Part shown: piece after piece, positions 1 to 9,481 of the stretch | Position numbering within the stretch: position 1 is the stretch's first letter | How the letters are laid out: every line of letters begins with the position of its first letter | NCBI GenBank assembly: GCA_036257195.1 | Contig: DATAFX010000031.1 | Location: 1-60,547, forward strand | Length of the DNA stretch: 60,547 bases | Reading direction: 5' to 3' | Source: Candidatus Methylomirabilota bacterium | GTDB taxonomy: Bacteria > Methylomirabilota > Methylomirabilia > Rokubacteriales > DASRDR01 | The notes under the pieces: model-generated | Database searches by the model: none | What the model saw: the letters and a program-made list of their open reading frames with translations, nothing else | What the model was told of the DNA's origin: nothing | Position numbers and translations under genes: made by a program

Positions 1-492
1 CCTCTCGATCAGCAGCCAGAGCGCGAGCGCCACCAGGAGCCCGAAGACGATGACGAAGAGACGGTACGTCGGGAACGTGAGCCCCCCGAATTGCATCCGG
101 CCGGACAAGAGCTCGGGCGGGGGGATGGACCGGATGCGGCCGCCCCAGCCCCACTTGACCAGGTCCTCGAAGAGATAGATGAGGCCGAAGGTCAGCAGCA
201 CCTGATCGAGCGGGGAGCGGCGATAGAGGGGCCGGAGGAGCCCGCGCTCGACGAGGGCGCCGATCAAGCCCACCGCGACCGGCGCCGCCAGCGCCGCCAG
301 CCAGAAGTTGCCCGTCACCGACAGGGTGGCGAGCCCGGCGTAGGCCCCGAGCATGTAGAAGGAGCCATGGGCGAGGTTGACGACGTCGAGCATGCCGAAG
401 ATGAGGGTCAATCCGACGGACAGGAGGAACAGCAGCGCGCCGTAGGCCAGCCCGTTCAGGGCCTGGCCGAGGAGGTCCGCGAGGAAGGGCAC
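1..492 (-). CDS. livH: branched-chain amino acid ABC transporter permease (LivH-type); 3' end cut by the window edge
   Basis: Reverse translation from GTG (490-492) reads VPFLADLLGQALNGLAYGALLFLLSVGLTLIFGMLDVVNLAHGSFYMLGAY..., a LivH-like N-terminus. It is absent from the ORF track because it runs off the window. It lies 48 nt downstream of the binding-protein gene on the same strand. Confidence 0.8.
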   Translation of the reverse strand, partial: MPFLADLLGQALNGLAYGALLFLLSVGLTLIFGMLDVVNLAHGSFYMLGAYAGLATLSVTGNFWLAALAAPVAVGLIGALVERGLLRPLYRRSPLDQVLLTFGLIYLFEDLVKWGWGGRIRSIPPPELLSGRMQFGGLTFPTYRLFVIVFGLLVALALWLLIER

Positions 493-540
493 GGGACGGG
501 CGGAGGCCGGGGCGCGCGGCCCCGGCCTCCGGGGGCCTCG

Positions 541-1767
541 TCAGGCCGGGAGCGTGCAGCCGGTGCCGGGATCGCGCACGTCGGCGACCTTGTCGATCGG
601 GACGTTGGCGAGGGTACCGGCAACCTCCCGCACCTCGCGGATGTAGATGAACGGCTGGATGACGTTGTGCGTCTTGGGATCGAAGCGGAAGCGCCCGCGC
701 GGGCTGTCGAACTCGGTCGCCGCGATTGCGGCGACGAGCTTGTCCTTGTCCTGGGTGTTGCCGTTCACCGCCTTGAGCGCTCGCACGATCACCTCGGCGG
801 TGTCGTAGCCCTGGCAGGTGAAGCCGTCAGGGGTCTTGCCCTTGAACTTCTCCCCGAACTCCTTGACGAAGCGCTGGTTCACCGGGTTGTCGAGCTGCGG
901 CGTGTAGAAGTGCCCGGTGACGGTGCCCAGCGCCGACTTGCCCTGGGCGGGAAGCACGTCGGGCTCCGTGAGGAAGCCCGCCCCCGTGAGCTTGATGCCG
1001 GCCTGCTTGAGTCCGAACTCGTCGTACTGCTTGACGAAGTTCACGGCGTCCGTGCCGGAGAAGAACGCGAACACCGCCTTGGCGCCGGACTGCTTGATCT
1101 TCGTGAGGTACGGCGCGTAGTCGGTCTCCCCGAGCTTCGGGTAGTCCTCGCCGACGACCTTGCCGCCCGCCGGATGGTAGGTCTCCCGGAACGCCTCCAT
1201 CATGTCCTTGCCGGCCTGGTAGTTGGGCGCCATCTGGAAGACTTCTTTCGAGACGTTCTTCGCGACCCAGCCGCCCATGGGCTGGCACGGCTGCCAGTTG
1301 GAGAACGAGGTCCGGAAGATCCACTTCGAGCAGCGGGCGCGGCTGATGGCGTCGGCCCCCGCGTTCGAAACGAGGAGGATCGTCTTCGAGTTGTGGACCT
1401 TGTCGCGCATGCCCATCAGAACGCCGCTGTGGACCGGCCCGGTGAGGATGTCCACCTTGTCGGAGTCGATGAGCTTTTCGGTCTTTCGCACGCCGAGCGG
1501 CACGGCACTCTCGTCGTCTTCCTTGATCATCTCGATCTTGCGGCCCGCGACCGTCCAGTTCTCCCGGGCGAAGACGAGCTCCAGCCCCTGCGTGATGCCG
1601 ATGCCGAGCTCTGTGTAGACCCCCGAGTAGGGCAGGACGACGCCGAGCTTGATCGGGCCACCCTGGGCGCGCGCGCGGAGGACCCAGGGACCCCCGGCCA
1701 GGCCGGCCGCGGCGCCGCCGCCGAGGACGGCGGACTTGAGGAACGTCCGACGCGTCTGCTGTTCCAT
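541..1767 (-). CDS. Leu/Ile/Val-type ABC transporter substrate-binding protein with Tat-like signal peptide
   Basis: 408-aa ORF with N-terminus QQTRRTFLKSAVLGGGAAAGLAG followed by GPIKLGVVLPYSGVY, typical of LivJ/LivK-family periplasmic binding proteins. A permease gene follows. Confidence 0.9.
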   Translation of the reverse strand: MEQQTRRTFLKSAVLGGGAAAGLAGGPWVLRARAQGGPIKLGVVLPYSGVYTELGIGITQGLELVFARENWTVAGRKIEMIKEDDESAVPLGVRKTEKLIDSDKVDILTGPVHSGVLMGMRDKVHNSKTILLVSNAGADAISRARCSKWIFRTSFSNWQPCQPMGGWVAKNVSKEVFQMAPNYQAGKDMMEAFRETYHPAGGKVVGEDYPKLGETDYAPYLTKIKQSGAKAVFAFFSGTDAVNFVKQYDEFGLKQAGIKLTGAGFLTEPDVLPAQGKSALGTVTGHFYTPQLDNPVNQRFVKEFGEKFKGKTPDGFTCQGYDTAEVIVRALKAVNGNTQDKDKLVAAIAATEFDSPRGRFRFDPKTHNVIQPFIYIREVREVAGTLANVPIDKVADVRDPGTGCTLPA

Positions 1768-2107
1768 GCGTTGTCCTCCTCACGTTCCCGAGAGTGCGGA
1801 TCTGGCGAGGCGAGCACGGACGGGCGACCGGCGCCCGTCACGACTCGAACGATGCCTAGAGCCTACACTGAACGCCCCACCGCGGTGAACCCCTTCGGCC
1901 CCGCCTCGGCCGAACGGCTCACGAAACCGGTTCGGCCGGCTCAGCCGGGCCGGCTCCGGGGGCGGTCCCGGAAAGGGGAAGGGCGCTGTCCAGTAAGGGC
2001 CTCCGGGACACGGAACCCGCGTCCCGCCGCTCGTCCGCCCTGGCCGGGCGAGCGACGGCGCGGGTTCGCGCCGGCGGGGCCGACGACTGGTGGCCGCGCC
2101 CGGGGAG

Positions 2108-2383
2108 CTACTTCTTCTTGCGCTTCGCCAGGACGCCCTCGAGCTTCTTCGCCTGCTCCGTCTCGGTCTTGAGCGACTCCTGCGCCTCCTTGAGCTTGGC
2201 CTCGGCCGCCTGGACCTTGGTCGCGAGCTGACCCTCCCGCTCGGCGGCCTTCCGGGCCTCGGCAAGCTGCGCCTGGGCCGCGGCCACGTCCTTCTGGGCC
2301 TGCGACGACTGTGCTCCCCACGTGGCGTAGCCGATGCCCAACCCGATGATGGCGGCGATGATCCCGATCACGACGGCTTGCAT
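2108..2383 (-). CDS. small membrane-anchored coiled-coil protein (paralog 2 of a tandem pair)
   Basis: 91 aa. One N-terminal TM (VVIGIIAAIIGLGIGYATWGA), then an Ala/Gln/Glu/Lys coiled-coil-like segment and a KRKKK tail. SD GGGAGG lies 5 nt upstream of the ATG. Confidence 0.6.
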   Translation of the reverse strand: MQAVVIGIIAAIIGLGIGYATWGAQSSQAQKDVAAAQAQLAEARKAAEREGQLATKVQAAEAKLKEAQESLKTETEQAKKLEGVLAKRKKK

Positions 2384-2417
2384 GGCACCTCCCGTTCGTG
2401 GCCCGCGGGTTCTCGGC

Positions 2418-2699
2418 TCACTTCTTGCCCTTGGACACCTGCGCCTGCATCTGCTCGCGCCTCGCCTTCTCCTTGGCCAGGTCGTCGGTCACCTGCTTGA
2501 GCTGCGCCTCCATCTGCGCGAGCTTGTCAGACAGCTCCTTCTCGCGCGTCGCCGCCTTCTGCGCCTCGGTGAGCCGCGCCTTCAGCTGGTCGAGCTCACC
2601 CCTGAGGGTCTTCATGTTGGCGCCCCACATGAGATACCCGACGAGGAGCCCGATGAGGATCGCCACGATGCCGACGATCGTCACCTTCTTGCCGTCCAT
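2418..2699 (-). CDS. small membrane-anchored coiled-coil protein (paralog 1 of a tandem pair)
   Basis: 93 aa from ATG 2699 (the ORF track starts one codon earlier, at GTG 2702). TM IVGIVAILIGLLVGYLMWGA followed by a coiled-coil-like segment and a KGKK tail. SD AAGGAGG is directly upstream. Confidence 0.6.
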   Translation of the reverse strand: MDGKKVTIVGIVAILIGLLVGYLMWGANMKTLRGELDQLKARLTEAQKAATREKELSDKLAQMEAQLKQVTDDLAKEKARREQMQAQVSKGKK

Positions 2700-2789
2700 C
2701 ACGCCTCCTTCCCGGGCCGTGGGGGCCCGCTGCTTGGGGGGCTTGTCATTGAGCCGCGGGCCCGGGCCCGAGCTCGGGGAACGGCGGGG

Positions 2790-4424
2790 TCAGGACCGTG
2801 CGGCCCGCCCTGCCTCCTCCTGCCGGAGCTCCACCCTGCGGAGCTTGCCCGTCTCCGTGTGCGGCAACGCGGGGACGAACGCGACATGGCGCGGATACTT
2901 GTAGGGAGCGAGTTCCTTCTTGACGTGGTCCTGGAGCTCCTTCACCAGCTCGTCCGTGGCCGTGTACCCCGGGCGGAGGACGACGAACGCCTTCGGCACG
3001 AAGCCGCGCGTCGCGTCCGGCGCCGCCACCACGGCCGACTCGGCGACGGCCGGGTGCTCGTCCAGCACGTGCTCGACTTCCGGTCCCGGGATCTTGTAGC
3101 CGCCGGTCACGATCATGTCGTCGGACCGGCACTGGTACGTGAAGTAGTCCTCGTCGTCGTGGACGTAGATGTCGCCCGTCACGTTCCAGCCTCCGAACCG
3201 CACGTACTCGGCTTGCCGCTCGGGCTTTCGCCAATACTTGCAGCCGGTCGGACCCTTGACGGCGATGAGCCCCGGGGTGCCGCGCGGCACCTCGCGCCCT
3301 TCCTCGTCGACGACGCGGCAGTCGTAGCCCGGCACCGGCACGCCGGTCGCTCCCGGCCGGACCCGGCCGGCCACGGACGAGACGAAGATGTGGAACATCT
3401 CGGTCGACCCGATGCCATCGAGGCACTCGCGGCCGGTTGCGGCGACCCACGCCTCGTAGGTGGCCGCGGGCAGGGGCTCGGCGGCCGAGACGCAGAGCCG
3501 GACGCTCCCGAGGTCGAACCGCCGGGGCATGTCCGGCACGCCAAGCATGAGGCGGTAGGACGTGGACGCGCAGAAGGCGACCGTCACCCGCTGGCGCTGG
3601 AACACGTCGAGCATCCGCTCCGGGTCGAACGGGCCCGACAGGACCGTCGCCGCGCCGAACCGGAAGGGGAACACGAGAAGGCCGCCGGTGCCGAAGGTGA
3701 AGGCGAGCGTCGGGTGGCCGCCGAACCGGTCCTCCTCGCTGGGACGAAGCACGTGGCGGGCGTAGGAGTCGGCGGATCCCAGGATGTCCCTGTGCTGGTG
3801 GACGCACCCCTTGGGCACGCCGGTCGAGCCCGACGTGTAGGCGATCATCGCCACGTCGTCCGCCCGGGTGTCCGCCGTCTGGAACCGCTCCGGCTGGCCG
3901 TCCAGCAAGCTGCCCCACGCCGTGTCGCCGGCCTCGGCCTCGCCGACGACCACGAGCCGCTCGAGGACGGGCGCGGCCGGGCGGGCGCGCTCGAGCTCCT
4001 CCCGCAGCCCGCTCGAGACCACGGCGACCCGCGTCCCCGCGTCCTCGGCGATGTAGGCCAGCTCGCGGGCGCGGAGGAGCGGCATCGTCGAGACCGTCAC
4101 GACGCCGAGCTTCTGGCACGCGAGCCAGGTGACGATGAACTCCGGGCAGTTCGGCATCCGGAGGAGGACCCGGTCCCCGCGGTCGATCCCGGCGGCCCGG
4201 AGTCCGTTGGCCAGCCGGTTGACCCGCTTCTGGAGCTCGCCGTACGTGAGGACCTGGTCCTGGTGGACGATGGCCGGCCGGCCGGCGCGTCCCCCGTCGG
4301 CATTGGCGTCGAGGAGAGCCGTCGCCACGTTGAGCCGGACCGGATAACGCGTCTCGGGGAGCGCGTAGATCCGCTCTGGCCAGAGCGCCTTCGGCGGGAG
4401 ACCTTCCTCGATCGCGACCGCCAC
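2790..4424 (-). CDS. aryl-CoA ligase (benzoate / 2-aminobenzoate-CoA ligase-like, AMP-forming)
   Basis: AMP-binding motifs YTSGSTGVPKGCVH, GYKIPGPEVE and TETGKLRR. N-terminal region LPPKALWPERIYALPETRYPVRLNVATALLD resembles aryl-CoA ligases. Start set at GTG 4424 because AGGAGG lies 6 nt upstream; the ORF track start at 4523 is possible. Confidence 0.85.
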   Translation of the reverse strand: MAVAIEEGLPPKALWPERIYALPETRYPVRLNVATALLDANADGGRAGRPAIVHQDQVLTYGELQKRVNRLANGLRAAGIDRGDRVLLRMPNCPEFIVTWLACQKLGVVTVSTMPLLRARELAYIAEDAGTRVAVVSSGLREELERARPAAPVLERLVVVGEAEAGDTAWGSLLDGQPERFQTADTRADDVAMIAYTSGSTGVPKGCVHQHRDILGSADSYARHVLRPSEEDRFGGHPTLAFTFGTGGLLVFPFRFGAATVLSGPFDPERMLDVFQRQRVTVAFCASTSYRLMLGVPDMPRRFDLGSVRLCVSAAEPLPAATYEAWVAATGRECLDGIGSTEMFHIFVSSVAGRVRPGATGVPVPGYDCRVVDEEGREVPRGTPGLIAVKGPTGCKYWRKPERQAEYVRFGGWNVTGDIYVHDDEDYFTYQCRSDDMIVTGGYKIPGPEVEHVLDEHPAVAESAVVAAPDATRGFVPKAFVVLRPGYTATDELVKELQDHVKKELAPYKYPRHVAFVPALPHTETGKLRRVELRQEEAGRAARS

Positions 4425-4655
4425 CCAGAGCCTCCTGTGTCCGGAGTCAGACACCCGCGCGGCGCAATGGTAGCCAACTTCTCTGTGGGGAACAACCGGC
4501 CGATGGGGCTCGCGCGCCGCCATCCTGGCCGGCCGCCGGCGGGGGATGGCTCGGAACTCGTGATCGACCGGTGGCCCTGGCCGGCCGGCTGGTTCCGGGC
4601 TAGGCTGCCACGGGCCGACCGGTCCACGGGGTCGAGCCGCGGAGGTGAGTGCGAG

Positions 4656-5444
4656 ATGGCCGCCAAGTTCGGCGCGCGCGAGGTCGCGCGGCTCGAGACC
4701 GTCTACGCGTCACCGGCGATCGCCTTCCAGCGCGCGCGGATGCGCGCCGCGCTCGGGGTGCGCCCCGGCGAGCGGGGCCTCGACGTCGGCTGCGGGCCGG
4801 CGCTCCTCGCCGTGGAGCTCGGCTGTGAGGTCGGGTCGACGGGGCGCATCGTCGGCCTCGACGAGAGCCCGGAGATGCTGGCGGCGGCCCGCGCTCGAAT
4901 CGCCCGCGAAGGCCTGGCGGATCGGGTCGAAGTCCGAGAAGGGGACGCGGCCCGGCTCGACCTCCCGGCTGCTTCGTTCGATTTCGTTACCGCGGCGCAG
5001 GTCTACCTGTATGTCCCTGAGATCGAGGGCGCACTGGCGGAGGCGGCCCGCGTGCTCCGCCCGGGCGGCCGCCTGGCCATCGTCGATACCGACTGGGACT
5101 CCTGCGTGTGGCTCACGGCCGATCGCGAGCGGCATCGCCGCGTGATGGAGGCGCGCCTCGGGCACTTCGCCCAGCGGCACCTGCCGCCCCGGTTGCCGGG
5201 GCTCCTGACCCGCGCCGGCCTCCGTCTCACGCACACCGAGGCGATTCCGGTCCTCGAGCTCGAGGGCGGGTCTGACACGTTCGGCGGCGGGCTGATCGAG
5301 TCGACCGCCGACCTCGCCGTTCGGTACGGCGTCCCGCGCGAGGAGGCCGAGGCGTGGAAGGCCGACCTCCTGGCCCGCGCGGCCGGCGGGGAGTACTTCT
5401 TCAGCCTGACGCGCTACCTCTTCCTGGCGACCCGCCCGGGCTGA
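4656..5444 (+). CDS. class I SAM-dependent methyltransferase
   Basis: GLDVGCGPALLA (motif I) and RPGGRLAIVD. ATG 4656 is preceded by GGAGG (4641-4645). The 1036-aa ORF-track entry is a spurious N-terminal extension. Confidence 0.8.
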   Translation: MAAKFGAREVARLETVYASPAIAFQRARMRAALGVRPGERGLDVGCGPALLAVELGCEVGSTGRIVGLDESPEMLAAARARIAREGLADRVEVREGDAARLDLPAASFDFVTAAQVYLYVPEIEGALAEAARVLRPGGRLAIVDTDWDSCVWLTADRERHRRVMEARLGHFAQRHLPPRLPGLLTRAGLRLTHTEAIPVLELEGGSDTFGGGLIESTADLAVRYGVPREEAEAWKADLLARAAGGEYFFSLTRYLFLATRPG

Positions 5445-6705
5445 CGGCGCCGTCGCGGTTCGAGGGCGCGAGGGCGATCGCGCCGGCTTCCGCCAGTCGG
5501 GAGACCTCGGCGCCGGAGAGCCCGAGGACCTCGGTCAGCACCTCGGCCGTGTGCTCGCCGAGCAGCGGGGCGGGCCGCCTGATCGACGCCGGCGTGGCCG
5601 ACGCGCGGAAGGGGAAGCCCAGCATCCGCGCCCGCCCCCCGTGGGCCTCGTAGGTCGGCTGCGCCACCTCCTCCACGAGCCCGAGATGCCGGACCTGGGG
5701 GTCGTCGAAGACCTCGTCCAGCTCGTAGATCGGCCCGGCGGCGATCGACGCAGCCTCGAAGCGAGCCACCCACTCGGCCGTCGTGCCGCCGGCGAGAGCC
5801 GCCTCCACCCGCGCCTTCATCTCGTCGTGGTGCTCGAGGCGATCGAGGTTCGTCCGGAATCGCGATGCGCTTCGGAGGACCTCGTCGCCGAGCACGCCGC
5901 AGAAGCGGTCCCACTGCGCCGGGTTCATCAGCACGACGTTGACCCACCCGTCCCGGGTGCGGAACGCCTCGGCGGGCGTGAGCGTCGGGTTCCGGTTCCC
6001 CACGCGCTGCGGGCGCTTCCCCGAGTCGAAGAGGTGGGCGACCGGGTCGGGGAGGAGGCCGAGCGTCGCGGCGAGCAGGTTCACGTCGAGGTGCTGGCCC
6101 GCGCCGGTCCGGGACCGGTGGACCAGCGCCGCGCCGATCGCGCCGAACGCCAGGTAGGCGGCCGCGACGTCGGCGATCGAGCCGCCGGCGCGGGTCGGCG
6201 GATCGCCCGGCATCCCGGTGATGCCCATGAGCCCGCCCATGCCCTGGGCGATCGTGTTGTAGCCGGGGCGCTGGGCGTAGGGGCCGGTCTGGCCGAACCC
6301 GCTCACGGAAACGTACACGATTCCCGGATTCACCGCGCGCGTGGCCTCGTAGCCCACACCGAGCCGAGACGCCACGCCCGGGACGAAGTTCTCGATGAGC
6401 ACGTCCGAGCGGCCGGCCAGCTCGCGCAGGAGGCGGGCGCCCTCGGCGTGCCGGAGGTCGAGCGCGATCCCGCGCTTGTTCCGGTTGACGGCGGCGAAGA
6501 CGGCGCTCATGCCCTCGCGCCCCGTGCGGCCGCGCCACTCGCGGAGGTCGTCGCCCTGGCCCGGACGCTCCACCTTGATCACGTCCGCGCCCAGGTCGGC
6601 GAGCAGCATGGCGCAGTACGGTCCGGCGAGGACGCGGGAGAGGTCCAGGACGCGGATGCCCGCGAGCATCATGGGACGGTCCGGGCTTCGGGACGGCTCA
6701 GTCAC
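5401..6705 (-). CDS. CaiB/BaiF family (class III) CoA-transferase
   Basis: LAGIRVLDLSRVLAGPYCAMLLADLGADVIKVERP signature. GTG start lies 4 nt after the crotonase stop, with GGGAG upstream. The 3' end overlaps the convergent methyltransferase gene by 44 nt. Confidence 0.85.
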   Translation of the reverse strand: MTEPSRSPDRPMMLAGIRVLDLSRVLAGPYCAMLLADLGADVIKVERPGQGDDLREWRGRTGREGMSAVFAAVNRNKRGIALDLRHAEGARLLRELAGRSDVLIENFVPGVASRLGVGYEATRAVNPGIVYVSVSGFGQTGPYAQRPGYNTIAQGMGGLMGITGMPGDPPTRAGGSIADVAAAYLAFGAIGAALVHRSRTGAGQHLDVNLLAATLGLLPDPVAHLFDSGKRPQRVGNRNPTLTPAEAFRTRDGWVNVVLMNPAQWDRFCGVLGDEVLRSASRFRTNLDRLEHHDEMKARVEAALAGGTTAEWVARFEAASIAAGPIYELDEVFDDPQVRHLGLVEEVAQPTYEAHGGRARMLGFPFRASATPASIRRPAPLLGEHTAEVLTEVLGLSGAEVSRLAEAGAIALAPSNRDGAVSPGGSPGRGSASG

Positions 6706-6709
6706 GCGT

Positions 6710-7444
6710 TCACTCCCGGGTGAGGAAGCCCTCGGTCATCGCGTTGACCTCCGGGATGCCAGTGCGGGCGATGGCGTTGATCCGCGCCTTGACCTCGGCG
6801 AGCGGCCGGAACGGCTTGGCCAGGAGCCGCTCGGCATGCTCGCGCACCGCGGCGGCCAGCCGGTCTCGTGCGACCACGCGATGGACGAGGCCCATCGCCT
6901 GCGCCTCGGCGGCCGTGTACCGCCGGCCTTCCATGATGATCTCCTTCGCACGAGCGGGACCGACCAGGCGGACAAACCGCGTCGTCGACGCCACGCCGAG
7001 GGGGACGCCCAGGTCGACCTCGGGGATCCAGAGCTCTGCCTCGGCGGCGGCCCACCGGAAGTCGCACGCGAGCGTGAGCCCGAATCCGCCGCCGACCGCG
7101 TGACCGTTGACCATCGCGATCGTCGTCTGCTCCAGGTTCTCGAGCAGCGCGGTGACCCGCTCGAAGAGGCGCCGGAACTGGTTGGGCGTCGAGAGAAAGA
7201 CCGTTCGTCGCTCCTCGGCAGACATCCCGCTCCGGCCCGGGTAGTGCGCACCCGCCGAGAACACCGGCGGCGCGCCGGTGACGATCACGACGCGCGAGCT
7301 GGCGTCGTCCCGGAGGGCCCCCAGCACCTCGATCAGCTCGCCGAGCATCTCGTCGCTGAGCGAGTTCCGCCGGTCCGGCCGGTTGAGCGTGACGGTCGCG
7401 ATGGGGCCGGCGTGGACGAGGGCGACGTTGGTGCCGGCCGCCAC
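6710..7444 (-). CDS. enoyl-CoA hydratase/isomerase (crotonase) family protein
   Basis: 244 aa with crotonase-like sequence (VVIVTGAPPVFSAGAH..., MVNGHAVGGGFGLTLACD). Confidence 0.85.
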   Translation of the reverse strand: MAAGTNVALVHAGPIATVTLNRPDRRNSLSDEMLGELIEVLGALRDDASSRVVIVTGAPPVFSAGAHYPGRSGMSAEERRTVFLSTPNQFRRLFERVTALLENLEQTTIAMVNGHAVGGGFGLTLACDFRWAAAEAELWIPEVDLGVPLGVASTTRFVRLVGPARAKEIIMEGRRYTAAEAQAMGLVHRVVARDRLAAAVREHAERLLAKPFRPLAEVKARINAIARTGIPEVNAMTEGFLTRE

Positions 7445-7445
7445 G

Positions 7446-7733
7446 CTAGACCCCCTCCACGAAGACGACGTTCGTGCGCGCGGCCGCGAGGCGCATCGCC
7501 TTCGGCTCCCGGTACTCCTCCGAGTCGTACCAGCGCCGGGCCTCCGCGAGGCTCGGGAACTCGAGCACGACGAGACGCCGCGGGCGCCAGCTTCCCTCCA
7601 CGACCTCGTGCTCGCCGCCGCGGACCAGGAAGCGGCCGCCGTACGCGGCCACGGTCGCGGGCACCCGCTGCCGGTACTCGGCGTAGCGGGCGGGATCGGT
7701 CACCTCGAGATCGGCGATGACGTACGCGGCCAT
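7446..7733 (-). CDS. DUF1330 family protein
   Basis: 95 aa from ATG 7733: MAAYVIADLEVTDPARYAEYRQ...GGRFLVRGGEHEVVEGSW...LEFPSLAEARRWYDSEEY. First gene of a tightly spaced DUF1330-crotonase-CoA-transferase operon. Confidence 0.75.
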   Translation of the reverse strand: MAAYVIADLEVTDPARYAEYRQRVPATVAAYGGRFLVRGGEHEVVEGSWRPRRLVVLEFPSLAEARRWYDSEEYREPKAMRLAAARTNVVFVEGV

Positions 7734-7965
7734 TGGCGTCCTCCGGGCTCGTGCGCCGGACCCTCGCTCCATCGGGCGTGGCGCGCCCCACCGGCCCGGC
7801 CGGCCGCCGGCATGGTAGCCCGGGTGGGACGCCCGGCGCCAGGCGCACTCTTCCGCCGAGAACCGCTCCCCCTCGGCGTGGCGCCGGGAGATGCGCGCGA
7901 CGCGGCGGGACGAGCGGGCCGGGCGTTCCGCTGCTCTGGCCCCGGCAGGCGGGCGCGGTCGGGCG

Positions 7966-8589
7966 CTAGCCCTCGCCCCTCGACCGGAGGCGCGCCGAGA
8001 CCATCCACTCCTTGCCCTGGCGGCCCTCGGGAGAGGCGAAGGGGACATAGTCCTCGACCAGCTCGAAGCGCGGGGCCAGGAGCCCGCGGACCTCCGCCTC
8101 GCCCACGGCAAACGGGGGTCCCCCCACGCGCTCTCCCATGGGAAAGAAGCAGGCGAGGAGCCATCCGCCCGGCTTCAGGATCGCCGCGAGCACCTCGACG
8201 TACTCCGGCCGACGCCCAGGATCGATCGCGCAGAACGAGGTGTACTCCCACACTCCATCGAAGAAGCGAGGATAGGCCTCGGCGAGCCCGAACACGTCCC
8301 GCTCCTCGAAGGTCACCTCCACTCCCTCCCGCTGGGCAAGCTCGCGCGCCGCGCGGACGACCTCCGGGACGAAGTCGAAGCCGAAGACTCGGAACCCGCG
8401 CCGCGCCAGGAACCGGGCGTCGTGACCGCGGCCGCAGCCGGGGACGGCCACGATGCCCCGGGGCAGGGGGTGGCGCGCCAGGTGAGCGCCGAGCGAGGGG
8501 TTCGGCCGGCCGAGCTCCCAGCGGTCGCTCCCCTGGTCGTAGAGCCCCTGCCAGAACTCGGGATCGCTGACCGTGGGACCGGTCGTCAC
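7966..8589 (-). CDS. thiopurine S-methyltransferase (TPMT)-like SAM methyltransferase
   Basis: FWQGLYDQGSDRWELGRPNP, VPGCGRGHDARFLA and FDGVWEYTSFCAIDP resemble TPMT / halide-thiol methyltransferases. Confidence 0.75.
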   Translation of the reverse strand: MTTGPTVSDPEFWQGLYDQGSDRWELGRPNPSLGAHLARHPLPRGIVAVPGCGRGHDARFLARRGFRVFGFDFVPEVVRAARELAQREGVEVTFEERDVFGLAEAYPRFFDGVWEYTSFCAIDPGRRPEYVEVLAAILKPGGWLLACFFPMGERVGGPPFAVGEAEVRGLLAPRFELVEDYVPFASPEGRQGKEWMVSARLRSRGEG

Positions 8590-8710
8590 CGGGGCCGGCT
8601 CCCGCCCACGGGCCGCCCCTCGACCGGGCGCTCAGGCTCCCGCGGGGAGGTACCCAGAAACGTTGACATTGCCCGACCCACCGATCGACCATAGCCGGGA
8701 GGACGCGTGA

Positions 8711-8971
8711 ATGGCCCTCATCCTCATGCTCGTCGTTACCGTCTGCTTCATCGCCTCCCTGCTGCCCTTCCTGCTGCCCGGGGCCGTGATCGGGCTGCTC
8801 GGCAACGTCCTGAACCGAGTCCTCGGTGACCCGCTATGGGCGCTCGTGCCGCCCGTGCGCGGTACCCTGGTGTCGAGCGGGGTCGAGGGCCCCGTGCTCA
8901 CGCTCAGGGGTGCGCTCGCCCTATACGTCCCCCTGCTCCTGGTGCTGCTCTGGCAGCAGCGAGGTCGCTGA
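8711..8971 (+). CDS. hypothetical small membrane protein
   Basis: 86 aa with hydrophobic N- and C-terminal segments. No family recognised. Confidence 0.35.
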   Translation: MALILMLVVTVCFIASLLPFLLPGAVIGLLGNVLNRVLGDPLWALVPPVRGTLVSSGVEGPVLTLRGALALYVPLLLVLLWQQRGR

Positions 8972-8976
8972 GACCA

Positions 8977-9477
8977 CTACCGGGCGGACGGCTCGCGCGG
9001 GGTGAGCCAGCTGCCGAGCAGGAGCAGGAGCGCGCCGGCGACGAAGAATCCCACGGTCAGATAGATCACCTGCGGCACGGCGCGGTCGAGGTAGAGCTCG
9101 ATCGCCGGGCGGACCTCCTGGAAGCGCGGGACCGTGCCCGCGAGGCGGTTCAGGAGCCACTCGCGCCCGAAGATCGACGCGAGGATGCCGACGAACCCCG
9201 GGAGGAATGTCAGGAATCCCAGCGCCTTCAGCGAGCCGCTCAGCGACCGGGTCACCCAGAGGCGCACGACGAGGGCGGCGGTCATGAGCCCGATCGCGAC
9301 CCACATGAGGACCGGGGACGTCCCGACCGGCACGAGCTGGAGGTCGGTGGGCTGGACGCGGAGAGCCACGAAGGGGATCAGGAGCGTCAGCCCGGTCGTG
9401 TAGGCGGTGCTGACGAATACCCGCCAGGCGATCGCGCCGGCGACCCGCCCGCCGAGGCTGGAGCCGTCCCCGCTCAT
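8977..9477 (-). CDS. hypothetical integral membrane protein
   Basis: About 4 predicted TM segments from ATG 9477 (MSGDGSS...). Last gene of the SDR-RidA-VOC operon, starting 4 nt after the VOC stop codon. Confidence 0.5.
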   Translation of the reverse strand: MSGDGSSLGGRVAGAIAWRVFVSTAYTTGLTLLIPFVALRVQPTDLQLVPVGTSPVLMWVAIGLMTAALVVRLWVTRSLSGSLKALGFLTFLPGFVGILASIFGREWLLNRLAGTVPRFQEVRPAIELYLDRAVPQVIYLTVGFFVAGALLLLLGSWLTPREPSAR

Positions 9478-9481
9478 CGAG

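Noticed and set aside
91-2172. 693-aa plus-strand ORF covering the livH and binding-protein region.
   Set aside because: It is antisense to two genes with clear family signatures. Its composition is Arg/Gly/Ala/Pro/Glu-rich with no motifs, which is typical of a GC-driven shadow ORF.
2334-4655. N-terminal ~770 aa of the 1036-aa ORF that ends in the methyltransferase.
   Set aside because: It is antisense to the aryl-CoA ligase and the small coiled-coil genes. Only the last 262 aa, from ATG 4656 with an SD, look like a real protein.
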